Source: an uncultured virus (IMG/VR IMGVR_UViG_3300007229_000009)
Lineage: Duplodnaviria; Heunggongvirae; Uroviricota; Caudoviricetes; Crassvirales
DNA length: 64,000 nucleotides
Direction: 5' to 3' (one strand)
Virus record (IMG/VR): IMGVR_UViG_3300007229_000009
Positions within the stretch are counted from its first letter, which is position 1. Each line of letters begins with the position of its first letter. Positions 49,541 through 59,983 of this stretch are shown piece by piece. The notes under the pieces are model-generated. The model did not search any database. It was not told where the DNA came from and saw nothing but the letters and a program-made list of their open reading frames with translations. A program made the translations under genes and the position numbers.

Positions 49541-51865
49541 TTATTTATTTTTTAATAATTCTATTTCTGCTTTTAGTTCTTGGATTGCTTTTAATAAGAC
49601 AGGAATTGTTTCTGTATATTTCATTCCTAACAATCCATCATCTTCTTTATTAACTATTGGGGCAAAATCATCCACCCAATCTTGTGCAATAAAACCTATT
49701 TTTTTATCATTAGGTACATTTTTTAAATTATATTCAACACATCTATAATCTTTTATTTTATCTAAAACATTATTTAAAGGTTTAATATTTTCTTTTAAAG
49801 TTTCATCAGAATTTGCAGTCCAAGACGTGCCACCATCTGTTATATAAACACCTGTATCTCCATTGTTAAGTATGTATAATCTATTTTGACTGGCTACATC
49901 AAAATTCCAATATTTGCCAGATGCTGCAGCACCATTTCTTAAATGAATATGATTTCCTGATTGTTCAATATTTAAAAATCCTGTAATACTTGTTCCTTGT
50001 CCAATATTAACTTTCCCCCCACTTGTAATACGCATTGCTTCTGTAGTACCATTGATTTCAAATCTATGGTCTAGTGATGAATATCTAGTTGTTTTCCAAG
50101 CTGCAGTTGACCTATTGTAAGAAAATATAGAAACTACTTCTCCACTTGCATTTAAAGGGTCTATTTCATATCCTAATGCCCCACTATTTGAAACTACTAA
50201 TTTAGCCCCAGGCGAATCAGTTCCTATTCCTACGTTGCCGCCATTAATCCAACTATTACCAGTCGCATATAATCTAATATTTTCTGTGCCATTATGTTTC
50301 ATTTGCAGAATAGGATCATCAGTTCCTGCACTGGAACCAGTACCTAAATAAACAATTTGGTTAGTTGTATTATTTTTTATTATTTCAAGTGCAGCATATT
50401 GATTAGATTTATCAATAGTTAAACCTCTTCCAGGCGTAGCCGTCCCGATCCCGACGTTACCACCATTAAAATGAGTTACACCACTTGATCTTATTGCAAT
50501 AGTTGTAGAACCTGCGGCCGTACTTGCGAATAAACCAGCATCAATACCACCAGGAGCATATGCATTAAGATTACCAGCAAGTTGTAATTTTTCATTAGGC
50601 GAAGTCGTTCCAATTCCTACGTTGCCACTAGCATTTAAAACCAACACATTAGCTACACCATTAGTTCTAAAATCCATTACACCAGTATCTCTTGTATAAC
50701 GAATCCTACCTTCATATTGACCAGCACCAGTGTTAGCACTTGCAAAAGATATAGCGGCTTGAGCTGAATTACCTTGCCACAATGTTATATGCGGTGAAAC
50801 ACCACTTGTTCCTTTACCTATAACTAATGATGCGGCTGTGCTTCCACCACCACTAAAACTATCAGGGGAACTATTATTAATTCCAACTGCACCAGCAGGA
50901 ACTATACGCATTCTTTCTGTAGGGCTGGTGTTTGATGCTCCTGCTGTGTGAAAAGTAATAAAAGAGCCGCTTGCTGGACCTTGTATATTTATTCCGCCCC
51001 AAGATTTTGATGTATCATACCAATCTCCATCTACCATATCTCTTTGAGTAGACAATTGTAAACTAGTACTATCAAAATTAATAAAAGCTGCACTAGCTGT
51101 ACCAGATGTGCTTTCTAATTGTATTTGTGGACCACCAGCGTTAGAAGTTTCTATATGTAAAATATTATCAGGCGAAGTCGTTCCGATTCCTACATTTCCA
51201 GTTGTTTCTTTTATAGCCATCATATAGGCACGAGTGCCAGTTGACATTTCTGAAAAATATAATGCAGTTGAATCAGAAGAAAATTCCCATTTAGAATCTC
51301 CAGAATTACCTCTTGTTATATCTATAGCAGCTTGCGAACCAAATATTGATAATTTTGAAGTAGGTGAAGTCGTTCCAATTCCTAATCTATTATCGTTTGT
51401 AAATCTTGCAGTTTCTAACCATCCACCATTATAACCCATAAAAGCTATATCACCTGTTGCAGTTCTTGCGGCAATAACAGCAGTTGTTTCATCTGTTCTG
51501 TAGCCTATTGTTAACCCTTTTAACTGCCCACCACTTTCGCTAAAACTGGCACTTGTCAAAGAATTTGGAATTCCAGTATTTAAACCATCTTTTTTTACTA
51601 CTAAATTACCGTCACTTGGATTTGTAAAATTTCCTATTCCAACATTTTGAGAATTATCTATAACTACAGCATTTGTTAGTGTGCCTGAATTTTCTGTACT
51701 AATAAATAATTTAGCATTATTAGTATCAATTTGATCCATTGTAATTCTTGCTTTAGAATCACCTGTATCAGCATTTTCTACAAAATCTATATAAGGTGCG
51801 TTAGTGGGACTATGTAAAGTTATATTCCCTGTTATATTTTCGCCACTTAATATTTTTATTGCCAT
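49541..51865 (-). CDS. Tail fibre with GNVGIGT repeats and a C-terminal peptidase S74 intramolecular chaperone
   Basis: Multiple GNVGIGTxxP; SDETLKENI, IGFIAQD and LLKAIQEL motifs. Confidence 0.85.
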   Translation of the reverse strand: MAIKILSGENITGNITLHSPTNAPYIDFVENADTGDSKARITMDQIDTNNAKLFISTENSGTLTNAVVIDNSQNVGIGNFTNPSDGNLVVKKDGLNTGIPNSLTSASFSESGGQLKGLTIGYRTDETTAVIAARTATGDIAFMGYNGGWLETARFTNDNRLGIGTTSPTSKLSIFGSQAAIDITRGNSGDSKWEFSSDSTALYFSEMSTGTRAYMMAIKETTGNVGIGTTSPDNILHIETSNAGGPQIQLESTSGTASAAFINFDSTSLQLSTQRDMVDGDWYDTSKSWGGINIQGPASGSFITFHTAGASNTSPTERMRIVPAGAVGINNSSPDSFSGGGSTAASLVIGKGTSGVSPHITLWQGNSAQAAISFASANTGAGQYEGRIRYTRDTGVMDFRTNGVANVLVLNASGNVGIGTTSPNEKLQLAGNLNAYAPGGIDAGLFASTAAGSTTIAIRSSGVTHFNGGNVGIGTATPGRGLTIDKSNQYAALEIIKNNTTNQIVYLGTGSSAGTDDPILQMKHNGTENIRLYATGNSWINGGNVGIGTDSPGAKLVVSNSGALGYEIDPLNASGEVVSIFSYNRSTAAWKTTRYSSLDHRFEINGTTEAMRITSGGKVNIGQGTSITGFLNIEQSGNHIHLRNGAAASGKYWNFDVASQNRLYILNNGDTGVYITDGGTSWTANSDETLKENIKPLNNVLDKIKDYRCVEYNLKNVPNDKKIGFIAQDWVDDFAPIVNKEDDGLLGMKYTETIPVLLKAIQELKAEIELLKNK

Positions 51866-51896
51866 TATTATCTTTTTATAAATATATTAATTAAAC

Positions 51897-52376
51897 TTAA
51901 GGGTTACAAGCTCCTGTTCCTTGCACTGTTCCTGTACTTCCTGTTATTCTAAACCATCCAACTGGAGCATTAGGTCCACCGGGAAAAATTGGCCACTGTA
52001 CACCTGTACCTCCATCTACTGGGCTTGATGTGGAGTTACTTAAATAAACTATATCACCAGTAGTGGGATAAGTACCACTCCCATCATGATAATAGGTTGC
52101 TTGAGAAGATAATTGACTACACATGTCAGAAACAAATGCAGATGGATTACCAACTAAAAAAGCTGTTAAGGACACAAAGCTTCTTCCATAAAATTCACTA
52201 AATGAATGTGGTGCACTTTGATTTACTGCTGGAGTAGCTGTAGCATATATTTTAACTAATGAACCAGTTTGTGGAGTTGAACTTGTGCCAGACAAAGGTG
52301 CATTAGCAGTTGCCGATCTACTAGCTACAGTATTCATTTGACTTGCTTTTATTTCTCCTGAACTTGGTAAACTCAT
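51897..52376 (-). CDS. Fibre-tip/adhesin-like small protein with a YYHDGSGTYP module
   Basis: MSLPSSGEI...HSFSEFYG N-terminal domain; Cys-bounded module shared with ORF 30120-31838. Confidence 0.6.
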   Translation of the reverse strand: MSLPSSGEIKASQMNTVASRSATANAPLSGTSSTPQTGSLVKIYATATPAVNQSAPHSFSEFYGRSFVSLTAFLVGNPSAFVSDMCSQLSSQATYYHDGSGTYPTTGDIVYLSNSTSSPVDGGTGVQWPIFPGGPNAPVGWFRITGSTGTVQGTGACNP

Positions 52377-55087
52377 TGTTTAATTTGTTTTTTAAGTTCT
52401 TCTACTTCTGCTTTTAATTCTTTTATTGCTTCAATAAATAATCCAGCCATATTTCCATAAGCTACTGAATATTTATCTTCTAAATCTTTTTCAACTACTT
52501 CTGGTATTGTTTCTAATACTTCTTGGGCTATTACTCCAATTTTAGTTGATTTATCATCTATATCTTTTCTATTATAACTAACACCTCTCAATTTTAAAAC
52601 CTTATTAAGGGCATTGTCAATAGTTTTTATGTTTTCTTTTACCCTTCTATCAGAGTAGGCTATTACATCTCCTGTTGCACGTATTGTTCCATCAGCATCT
52701 AATTTATATGAAGGTGTAGAGTCATTAACACCAACATCACCATTATCTAATACATAAAGTTTATTGGAAGAAGAGCCACCGCCTACAATAGTAGTAGTAC
52801 CTGATCTATAAATAATATTTGCTGAATTCGCTTTGTTGTTTACAACATCAGTTCTTAAGGTAGTTGTTTCTACTGTTCCTGCAAACACTGCGTTACCACT
52901 TGATATAGCCATTGTAAGGGCGTTTACGTTAGCAGTTGAATCTCTGATACAGAAGGATTCATTTTCTGATCCTGTAACTCCTGCTGTAATATTCCACTGT
53001 TGATCAGTTCCACTAGTATTAATTATTCTTAATCCTCTATTCTCTCCTGTACTAATATCTGAATATGATACTGATAACATAGTGTCACAATCTATACTAC
53101 CTGCAAAAGTTGCATTACCAGCAGCATAAAATGTTCCATTGACTGCTAATTTATAAGATGCATCAGTTGTACTACCTATATGAACATTTCTATTGCTAGC
53201 ATCTATGTGCATTGCATACTGGCCGCCAGCCGACATTCTCAAAGGAATAGCAGCTTCACTTCCAATTATTATACTACTAGAATTATAATAACAGGCTCCT
53301 TGAGTTACATTATTGTATTGTATTAAAAAACCACCATAATTTCCAGAAGTAGGATTAGATACAAACGCCCAAGGTTCACTTCCTGAATTAGCTTGAACTC
53401 TTCCTGCCACAACAAGTTTTGATGCGGGATTCGTGTCTCCGATTCCTACGTTTCCAGTAGTATCAATATACATACTTGTTGAGGTGGTTTGGTTATAATT
53501 AGAAGCGGTTGTAGCTCTTTTAAAATATGTTTTACCATCAACCATAATCATAGAAGCTGAAGCCACATTTGGTACAACACCCTGCATGACACCACTAGTG
53601 TTTAAATATGTATTTTGACATATTGCTATTTCATCATCTGTTCCATAAGCAGCTATTTGACTTGACTGTCCTATTTGCAACACTTTCCATCCACCACCTG
53701 AAGCAGTATAAGTATCAGATGGTATGCTTGATGTTGCGATTCCTACATTTCCAGAACTGTCTATAACCATAGAAGCAGATATTGTTCCTGCTTTTTTATT
53801 TCTAAATATTATCTCACCATTGTTAATGTCAATTCTACGACCAGATATTTCTGCCATATTAACAGTACCTACTTCAAATTCTTGTGTTACATATCCTGTG
53901 TATGGAGCAGCTGAATAATTTCTTAAAACTAAAGCAGTTTCATCAGAGCCATCAGCACCCTGTGCTTGTATTGTTACTTTTGAACTTGATGTTGCTGATA
54001 TAGTTCCAATTCCTACGTTGCCGTTACCAAGTATACGCATTTTTTCAGTTACAGAAGTTGCACCATCCCGAGTAGCAAATACTAAATCACTATTTGTTGC
54101 GTAAGTAGTACCCATTACAGCACCTATGTAAGCTGTTTCAATAATGCCAGCCGGATTACCCGTGGCTGCTCCGTAATATATATTAGAATCGAAAGATATT
54201 TTAGGCCCAAAACCGGTATATGGGCCATTACCGCTAGCACTTACACTTAAAACAGGTTCTAAAGTTGTTCTATTAGAAGTTGTGATCTGTACGTCTAATT
54301 TATTTGAAGGCGAAGTCGTTCCGATTCCTACGTTGCCGTTTGATAATTGACAAACACCAAAAGTAGTGTCATTATATTTCATAAATAATCCACCACCACT
54401 ATTCCATATATCCCATTTATAAGCAGCGTTTCCATTATCACTTAATACTATACCAGCTGTTGTTCCTTCAATAGCTAAAAATGTTGTAACACTTGTAGGC
54501 GAAGTAGGCGAAGTCGTTCCGATTCCGACGTTTCCACCATTAAAATATGAATCACTTCCTGTAGATATTTTGACTTTTTCACTTTCCGCTTCATTATACA
54601 TGCTGAGGGTAGCGGCATTCCCACTTCGCCCAACATTAAATAAAAATCTTTGTTCACCATTATCAGCTCTAAACCTTACAGTTCTATCAATATTATTATC
54701 CCCAGTGGCTGAGTTTGTTAAAATATCTAATCTAGCTGTAGGCGAAGTCGTTCCAATTCCTACAGTGCCACTGGCACTCATAGTTACATATGATGTGGTT
54801 CCAGATTGTAATTGTATTCCTCCAGCTTGTGAGTTTAGTTTTAAACCACCACTAGCACCAGAGTCAGTAGATATTATTCCTGAATCTGCCCAACCAGAAA
54901 CACCTGTATACCCTGCACTAGTAGCAACAAGATCAAGTTGTGATGATTCTCCTACTACCTGCACGCGCGCGTTCGCGGAGACACCAGTGTCTGTATTAGT
55001 TACCGCTAAATATGTTATGCCATTTTTAGAGAGAGTAACATCTATATCTCCAGCTATATTCTCACTACTTAGAAACTTAATTGCCAT
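52373..55087 (-). CDS. Tail fibre with GNVGIGT repeats and an S74 chaperone
   Basis: GNVGIG repeats; YSDRRVKENI, GVIAQEV and FIEAIKEL; TATCTTTG at 55102-55109. Confidence 0.85.
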   Translation of the reverse strand: MAIKFLSSENIAGDIDVTLSKNGITYLAVTNTDTGVSANARVQVVGESSQLDLVATSAGYTGVSGWADSGIISTDSGASGGLKLNSQAGGIQLQSGTTSYVTMSASGTVGIGTTSPTARLDILTNSATGDNNIDRTVRFRADNGEQRFLFNVGRSGNAATLSMYNEAESEKVKISTGSDSYFNGGNVGIGTTSPTSPTSVTTFLAIEGTTAGIVLSDNGNAAYKWDIWNSGGGLFMKYNDTTFGVCQLSNGNVGIGTTSPSNKLDVQITTSNRTTLEPVLSVSASGNGPYTGFGPKISFDSNIYYGAATGNPAGIIETAYIGAVMGTTYATNSDLVFATRDGATSVTEKMRILGNGNVGIGTISATSSSKVTIQAQGADGSDETALVLRNYSAAPYTGYVTQEFEVGTVNMAEISGRRIDINNGEIIFRNKKAGTISASMVIDSSGNVGIATSSIPSDTYTASGGGWKVLQIGQSSQIAAYGTDDEIAICQNTYLNTSGVMQGVVPNVASASMIMVDGKTYFKRATTASNYNQTTSTSMYIDTTGNVGIGDTNPASKLVVAGRVQANSGSEPWAFVSNPTSGNYGGFLIQYNNVTQGACYYNSSSIIIGSEAAIPLRMSAGGQYAMHIDASNRNVHIGSTTDASYKLAVNGTFYAAGNATFAGSIDCDTMLSVSYSDISTGENRGLRIINTSGTDQQWNITAGVTGSENESFCIRDSTANVNALTMAISSGNAVFAGTVETTTLRTDVVNNKANSANIIYRSGTTTIVGGGSSSNKLYVLDNGDVGVNDSTPSYKLDADGTIRATGDVIAYSDRRVKENIKTIDNALNKVLKLRGVSYNRKDIDDKSTKIGVIAQEVLETIPEVVEKDLEDKYSVAYGNMAGLFIEAIKELKAEVEELKKQIKQ

Positions 55088-55136
55088 ATTTAATATTTAT
55101 TCAAAGATAGTTAATTATAAGAATACATTTTTTTAA

Positions 55137-57695
55137 CTACATTTCGTTTATTCTAGATTCTAATGCTACTATTTTAGCATTTAGCTCTTGTATTGTTTTA
55201 ACAAGAACAGCAAACTCCATACCTACTTTCAAACCTTTACCATCTTTATATCCAGAAACAAGTTCACCTTGTTCTTTTAAAGGTACCCCATGCTCATCAT
55301 GTGTTTTATATATTCTAGTATCTCTAGTATTAACCCAAGATGGAAAAACTTGTTCAACCTCTTGAGCTATTAATCCTATTTGTTTTTTGTTATCACCTAT
55401 AAAATTAAAATTTTTAACTTTAAGTGACAATATATCATCTAGTTTAGAAGTTGCTTCTACAATGTTTTCTTTTACCCTTTCATCTGAGCTAATTGTACCG
55501 TAACTACCATTTATATTTTTTATATCTCCATCATCTTCAAAATCAATCATGTTTGCCATATAACCCCCAACGTTATATTTTCTCCATTTAACAGACACAT
55601 TACTCGTGCCTGCATCTGGACAATCATATAGCCATGTTCCTAAAGTTTGATTTAAACTTATTCTAGTTACCAGTAAAGCATTAACATAACCCCCAAAAAA
55701 TATACTAGATGTACTGTGTAGACCTTCGGCTCCGATATATATACTGTTTGGTGTGGTTGCAGTGTCTACTATATTTAGTCCCCATGTGTTGCCACTGTTT
55801 GAAGGTTCGTAGCCAAAAATATATTCTTGACTGTGTGTGTGGCCGCTATGTATTTCACTAGCGATTATATTAACTGGACCATCAAAGTTTTTTGCAGCAG
55901 TAAAATAATTAGTGCTATTAGATAATTTACCTATTTGAGCTTTTAAAACTCCTGCGGCTTTAAACGTTATGTTTGATTGGTAGCTTGTTGATGTTCCATT
56001 TGTGTCTGTATCATTTATATCTACATTTGCCAAGGCTCCAGACGCTGCAACTCCTAATCCTCCAATATTAACTATTCCTTCAGCTCTTATTTGTCCGTCT
56101 ACATCTAATTTATATTGAGGCGAATCAGTTCCTATTCCTACGTTTCCTGCTCCTTTAACCACCATTCTTACAACACCACTTGTTCCTAAAACAACAAAGT
56201 CTTGTCCATTTCTTGGCTCTACAACTAAATTACCAGATGTTCCTGTAAAAGGATATGCACCACCCGTATTTTCAGTAGAGTATATTGTAGAATATGTTAA
56301 ATTAGAAGCTGCTACTATATTATTTCTAATACCTATCCTACCACCATTTATATCTAATTTACTAGCAGGCGATGTTAATCCAATTCCGACGTTGCCGTTA
56401 GTATTGACTCTCATTTGTTCACCACCACCAGCAATAAATCTTATATAACCCCAACTGCTTGATGTTCTATTGTATGATTGCCAAGCTGTACCACTTGCTT
56501 CAGAATATAATTCTAAATCACAATTAGAACCTGATTTTATAGCAAGTTCAGCATTTGCAGCATTAGCAGTTCCTATGCCAACTTTACCGTTACTTTTGAT
56601 ACGCATTCTTTCTGTAGCACTTGTGCCTGTACCAAAAGTTAATGGAATGTCTGCAAGTGTTTGAAGTTGAACTATGGTAGCACTTGCATTTAATTCTCCG
56701 TATCTTGTTCCATTTTGACCTAAATCAATTCCAGAATAAGAAGTTCCATTTATCTGTAACTTAGCAATACCAGTTCCTCCTATACCAACACTTCTACCAT
56801 AAAATCTACCAAATATATCTCCGTCTGTAACTCCTATCCCGACATCCCCTGAAATGTCTATACGCATTCTTTCATTTGAACCAGCAGTTCTAAATACTAA
56901 ATATCCAGACGCATTTGTTGCAGCTAAATAATTTGCACCTGCTCTTGCCATTCCTATAAATGCTGAATTTGTATCACCAATTGTAACATCACCATCTAAA
57001 AATGATGTGCCTGTTATAGATATGTTTCCAGATGCTTGAAAGTTTGCTGTGAATATAGTATCACCATCAACATAAAAATCAGAATCAGAATCAATAGCAG
57101 TTGTGCCATTCCAAATTGCTAATCTATTATTAACACCAGTACCAGTTACGGTTCCTGTTGTTGGGGTTGTCCATGTAGGATTAGAGTTTCCACCAGAAGT
57201 TAATACTTGACCAGATGAACCATAGTTAGTTCCTGTCGATCCGACAGATATAGCTCCAGTATCTGTAATTCTTAATCTTTCAACACCACTTGTCGTTCCA
57301 GAAGTTGCAGTTTCAAATCTAATATAGCCTCCATCTGCACCAGTAGCTGACTGTTCTAAATGAATTGATGATAGATACCCCCTACTACTTTCACCTATTA
57401 ACCTTCCTCCTGCTGTTGCTACATCTAATAATTGAGTGCTATGAATTTGTCCATTTTCATCGAACGTCACTTTACCTGCACTGCTAGTGCCGATTGAAAC
57501 ACCATCTAATGATCCACTTAATGATTCACACTTAAATAACCAAGTTTCATTTCCTGTTTGTGTAATTTCTAGAAAAGTTCCATTATCGACTAAACTAGGA
57601 ATACTAATAACATTATTAGTTTTATTTAAGGTGACGGTAGAGTTTATGGTTAAAGCACCATCTATGTCTCCGCTACTTAAGAATCTAATCGCCAT
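55137..57695 (-). CDS. Tail fibre with GNVGIG repeats and an S74 chaperone
   Basis: GQVLTSGG collar motif; SSDERVKENI, GLIAQEV and LVKTIQEL. Confidence 0.85.
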   Translation of the reverse strand: MAIRFLSSGDIDGALTINSTVTLNKTNNVISIPSLVDNGTFLEITQTGNETWLFKCESLSGSLDGVSIGTSSAGKVTFDENGQIHSTQLLDVATAGGRLIGESSRGYLSSIHLEQSATGADGGYIRFETATSGTTSGVERLRITDTGAISVGSTGTNYGSSGQVLTSGGNSNPTWTTPTTGTVTGTGVNNRLAIWNGTTAIDSDSDFYVDGDTIFTANFQASGNISITGTSFLDGDVTIGDTNSAFIGMARAGANYLAATNASGYLVFRTAGSNERMRIDISGDVGIGVTDGDIFGRFYGRSVGIGGTGIAKLQINGTSYSGIDLGQNGTRYGELNASATIVQLQTLADIPLTFGTGTSATERMRIKSNGKVGIGTANAANAELAIKSGSNCDLELYSEASGTAWQSYNRTSSSWGYIRFIAGGGEQMRVNTNGNVGIGLTSPASKLDINGGRIGIRNNIVAASNLTYSTIYSTENTGGAYPFTGTSGNLVVEPRNGQDFVVLGTSGVVRMVVKGAGNVGIGTDSPQYKLDVDGQIRAEGIVNIGGLGVAASGALANVDINDTDTNGTSTSYQSNITFKAAGVLKAQIGKLSNSTNYFTAAKNFDGPVNIIASEIHSGHTHSQEYIFGYEPSNSGNTWGLNIVDTATTPNSIYIGAEGLHSTSSIFFGGYVNALLVTRISLNQTLGTWLYDCPDAGTSNVSVKWRKYNVGGYMANMIDFEDDGDIKNINGSYGTISSDERVKENIVEATSKLDDILSLKVKNFNFIGDNKKQIGLIAQEVEQVFPSWVNTRDTRIYKTHDEHGVPLKEQGELVSGYKDGKGLKVGMEFAVLVKTIQELNAKIVALESRINEM

Positions 57696-57713
57696 GTGAG
57701 TAAAGTTAATGTT

Positions 57714-59204
57714 TTACACAGCGGTTACCAAAATCCTAGCTTCAGCAGTAGCTAAAGTTGTTGTAGTAGTTATAGTTACTTGTGTTGTACTGTTTCTAAC
57801 TGTATCTGCATAAATTGTTTCGCCAGTAGACTTTAATACTAACTGTACAATTACATCTAATGTTCCTAAGTTATGAGTTACAATAATAGGGTTAGTTGAG
57901 CCATCTCCAATGTCAACTGCATAATTTAAATTTGTTCCTACACAAGATTGAACTTCAGTACAAAAGTCTGTTACTTGAGATGCTGTTATTGCGATAGCTG
58001 GTTCTGATGCTCCAGTAATAACACCTTTATCATCTACAGTAATTACGGTTGCTTTTGCTGCTGCACCATATGTATCTGCAGTTAATCCACCTTGAGTGTC
58101 TAAAGATACTGCTCCTGCCGCACTTACCGTAAGTCCTCCTGCTGTAGGAATGCTTACAATACCTGTAGTTGTTGCTGTTGCTATACCTATGTTATTTTGA
58201 ACAGTAATCCAGTCAGTTAATGCTCCTGCCCCAGCTGCAGTTGCAGTTTGACATATTAATGTGTCACCAACCGCTACAGTTTCAGTATAAAAAGTACCAT
58301 CTACAGTTACGACATAAGTATCACCGACTGCACATGCAATCTGTGTACCTCTACTATCTAAAAAGTCTGTTGTTCCTGCAACCTTACCGGTACTACCATC
58401 AAATCCTCCTTTAAATTCTAAAAGTCCCGTTACAGCAGCATCAACATATGCTTTTGTTGCTGCGTCTTGTGCATCTGTAGGATTAGTTACATTTATAAGT
58501 TTATTTGTATTAATATCTAAATTTGCGGCTGGAGCTCCTAGTAAGTTAATAGGTATTTCACTACTTTGTTTTCTTTTCTGAGCTGTTCCATCTAATACAA
58601 TAAATTCATCAGTGTTAACCCAGGTTTGAGTCATGTCTGGTAAATCTTCTAATTGTAAGCTATATGTTACTGTATCTGTAGCACTAATTGTTGCTTCTAA
58701 ACCTGTATTATGTGCAAATGTAATTGTGTCTCCATTTTCAACAGTCTCTGAAGTTGTACCATCACTTATATTAAAACTAGTTACGGGTTGTGTACCAGCA
58801 GTAACTGCTGTGATTTGTCCTTTTTTATTGTAACCAATACTAGTTGGGAATGCGACTGTGCCTGCTGCAGCACTAGGTGCATTATCATCCATTGTAATTG
58901 TTACCTGTCTAGTAGCTCCCGCAGTTGTTGTTATAAACCCTGACTCACCAGCTACAGTTGCAGATTGACCATTTCCAATAGTTTGTGTTCCTGAATCTCC
59001 TGCTAATATCCACGTAACCATACCAGATGATATCGCTACCCATGTATTACTACCAGTGTGATAGTAAAGTTCATTTGTGTCAGTTCTGTATATAAGTTGT
59101 CCTTCACCAGCTAGTCCACTTGGGTTAGATGATTGATTATCGACAATAAAGCCTTTCAGCTCATTATTATCAAGATTAATATTAGATAAATATTTTATTG
59201 CCAT
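57714..59204 (-). CDS. Proximal tail fibre/adaptor protein
   Basis: MAIKYLS N-terminus; DAATKAYVD knot motif; THNLGT C-terminal domain. Confidence 0.7.
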   Translation of the reverse strand: MAIKYLSNINLDNNELKGFIVDNQSSNPSGLAGEGQLIYRTDTNELYYHTGSNTWVAISSGMVTWILAGDSGTQTIGNGQSATVAGESGFITTTAGATRQVTITMDDNAPSAAAGTVAFPTSIGYNKKGQITAVTAGTQPVTSFNISDGTTSETVENGDTITFAHNTGLEATISATDTVTYSLQLEDLPDMTQTWVNTDEFIVLDGTAQKRKQSSEIPINLLGAPAANLDINTNKLINVTNPTDAQDAATKAYVDAAVTGLLEFKGGFDGSTGKVAGTTDFLDSRGTQIACAVGDTYVVTVDGTFYTETVAVGDTLICQTATAAGAGALTDWITVQNNIGIATATTTGIVSIPTAGGLTVSAAGAVSLDTQGGLTADTYGAAAKATVITVDDKGVITGASEPAIAITASQVTDFCTEVQSCVGTNLNYAVDIGDGSTNPIIVTHNLGTLDVIVQLVLKSTGETIYADTVRNSTTQVTITTTTTLATAEARILVTAV

Positions 59205-59215
59205 AATTTTTTATT

Positions 59216-59941
59216 TTAATTAAATGTTACAACCCCAGTAAATCCTGGGTTTGCAGGTTGTGCAAATGTTAATGTTACTTGATTGTTATCAACAAAATCA
59301 ACATCGCAAAAAATTTCTACTCCAGGACTTGCAATTGTTCCTGTCAAAACTGTTACTGATGGAATTTTGTTCAAACCATGAACAACAGTGTATTGATTTG
59401 ATCCAGTTAATGCAAATGTAAAGTTTGCATCAGATGTCCCTGGAATACTTAGCAAAGATATAAAATAATCTTTGTTTGCTGTTAAGCCATTTTGACTGTT
59501 CTTATGGGTAACAGCTATGTCGTAAAAGTTTCCACTTGCATCTACTGTAGCGGTGTTCCAAGTAAAAATAGCCCATTTAGATATGTCATCACATTGAGTG
59601 ACCAATACATCTGCACCTAATAATCCAGTTTCATAATACCCAGAAATGTCTGTTGTAGGTTCTACTAATGCATACTTGCTAATTTTAAATCCTGTTATTC
59701 CAGAAAACGATACATTGTCATTACCTTGTGGATTAAATGATAAACTTCCAGTCCCAACTGGAACAGTATTAGTATATACAAATCTTATAGCTTGTGACTG
59801 AACAGCTTCCCTGTTCATAAACTTAGCTACAGACTCTATAGTAAAGTTTTTAGTAGCAAAACTACTATTAGCGTCTGATCCAATCCAATAATCGGAGCCA
59901 ACTAGTTTAGTGTCTAAAGGGTAAGTACTAATTCTTGCCAT
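59216..59941 (-). CDS. Tail fibre-associated structural protein
   Basis: MARISTYP N-terminus; VVHGLNKIPSV C-terminal module; TAACTTTG at 59957-59964. Confidence 0.6.
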   Translation of the reverse strand: MARISTYPLDTKLVGSDYWIGSDANSSFATKNFTIESVAKFMNREAVQSQAIRFVYTNTVPVGTGSLSFNPQGNDNVSFSGITGFKISKYALVEPTTDISGYYETGLLGADVLVTQCDDISKWAIFTWNTATVDASGNFYDIAVTHKNSQNGLTANKDYFISLLSIPGTSDANFTFALTGSNQYTVVHGLNKIPSVTVLTGTIASPGVEIFCDVDFVDNNQVTLTFAQPANPGFTGVVTFN

Positions 59942-59983
59942 AATAATTTATTTTAACAAAGTTAATAAATCTTTTGCTTTGTT

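Noticed and set aside
50210..56400. Tail-fibre repeats as a CRISPR array, DGR or invertase shufflon
   Set aside because: Spacing is irregular and in frame within genes, all copies are in direct orientation, and no cas, reverse transcriptase or site-specific recombinase gene is present
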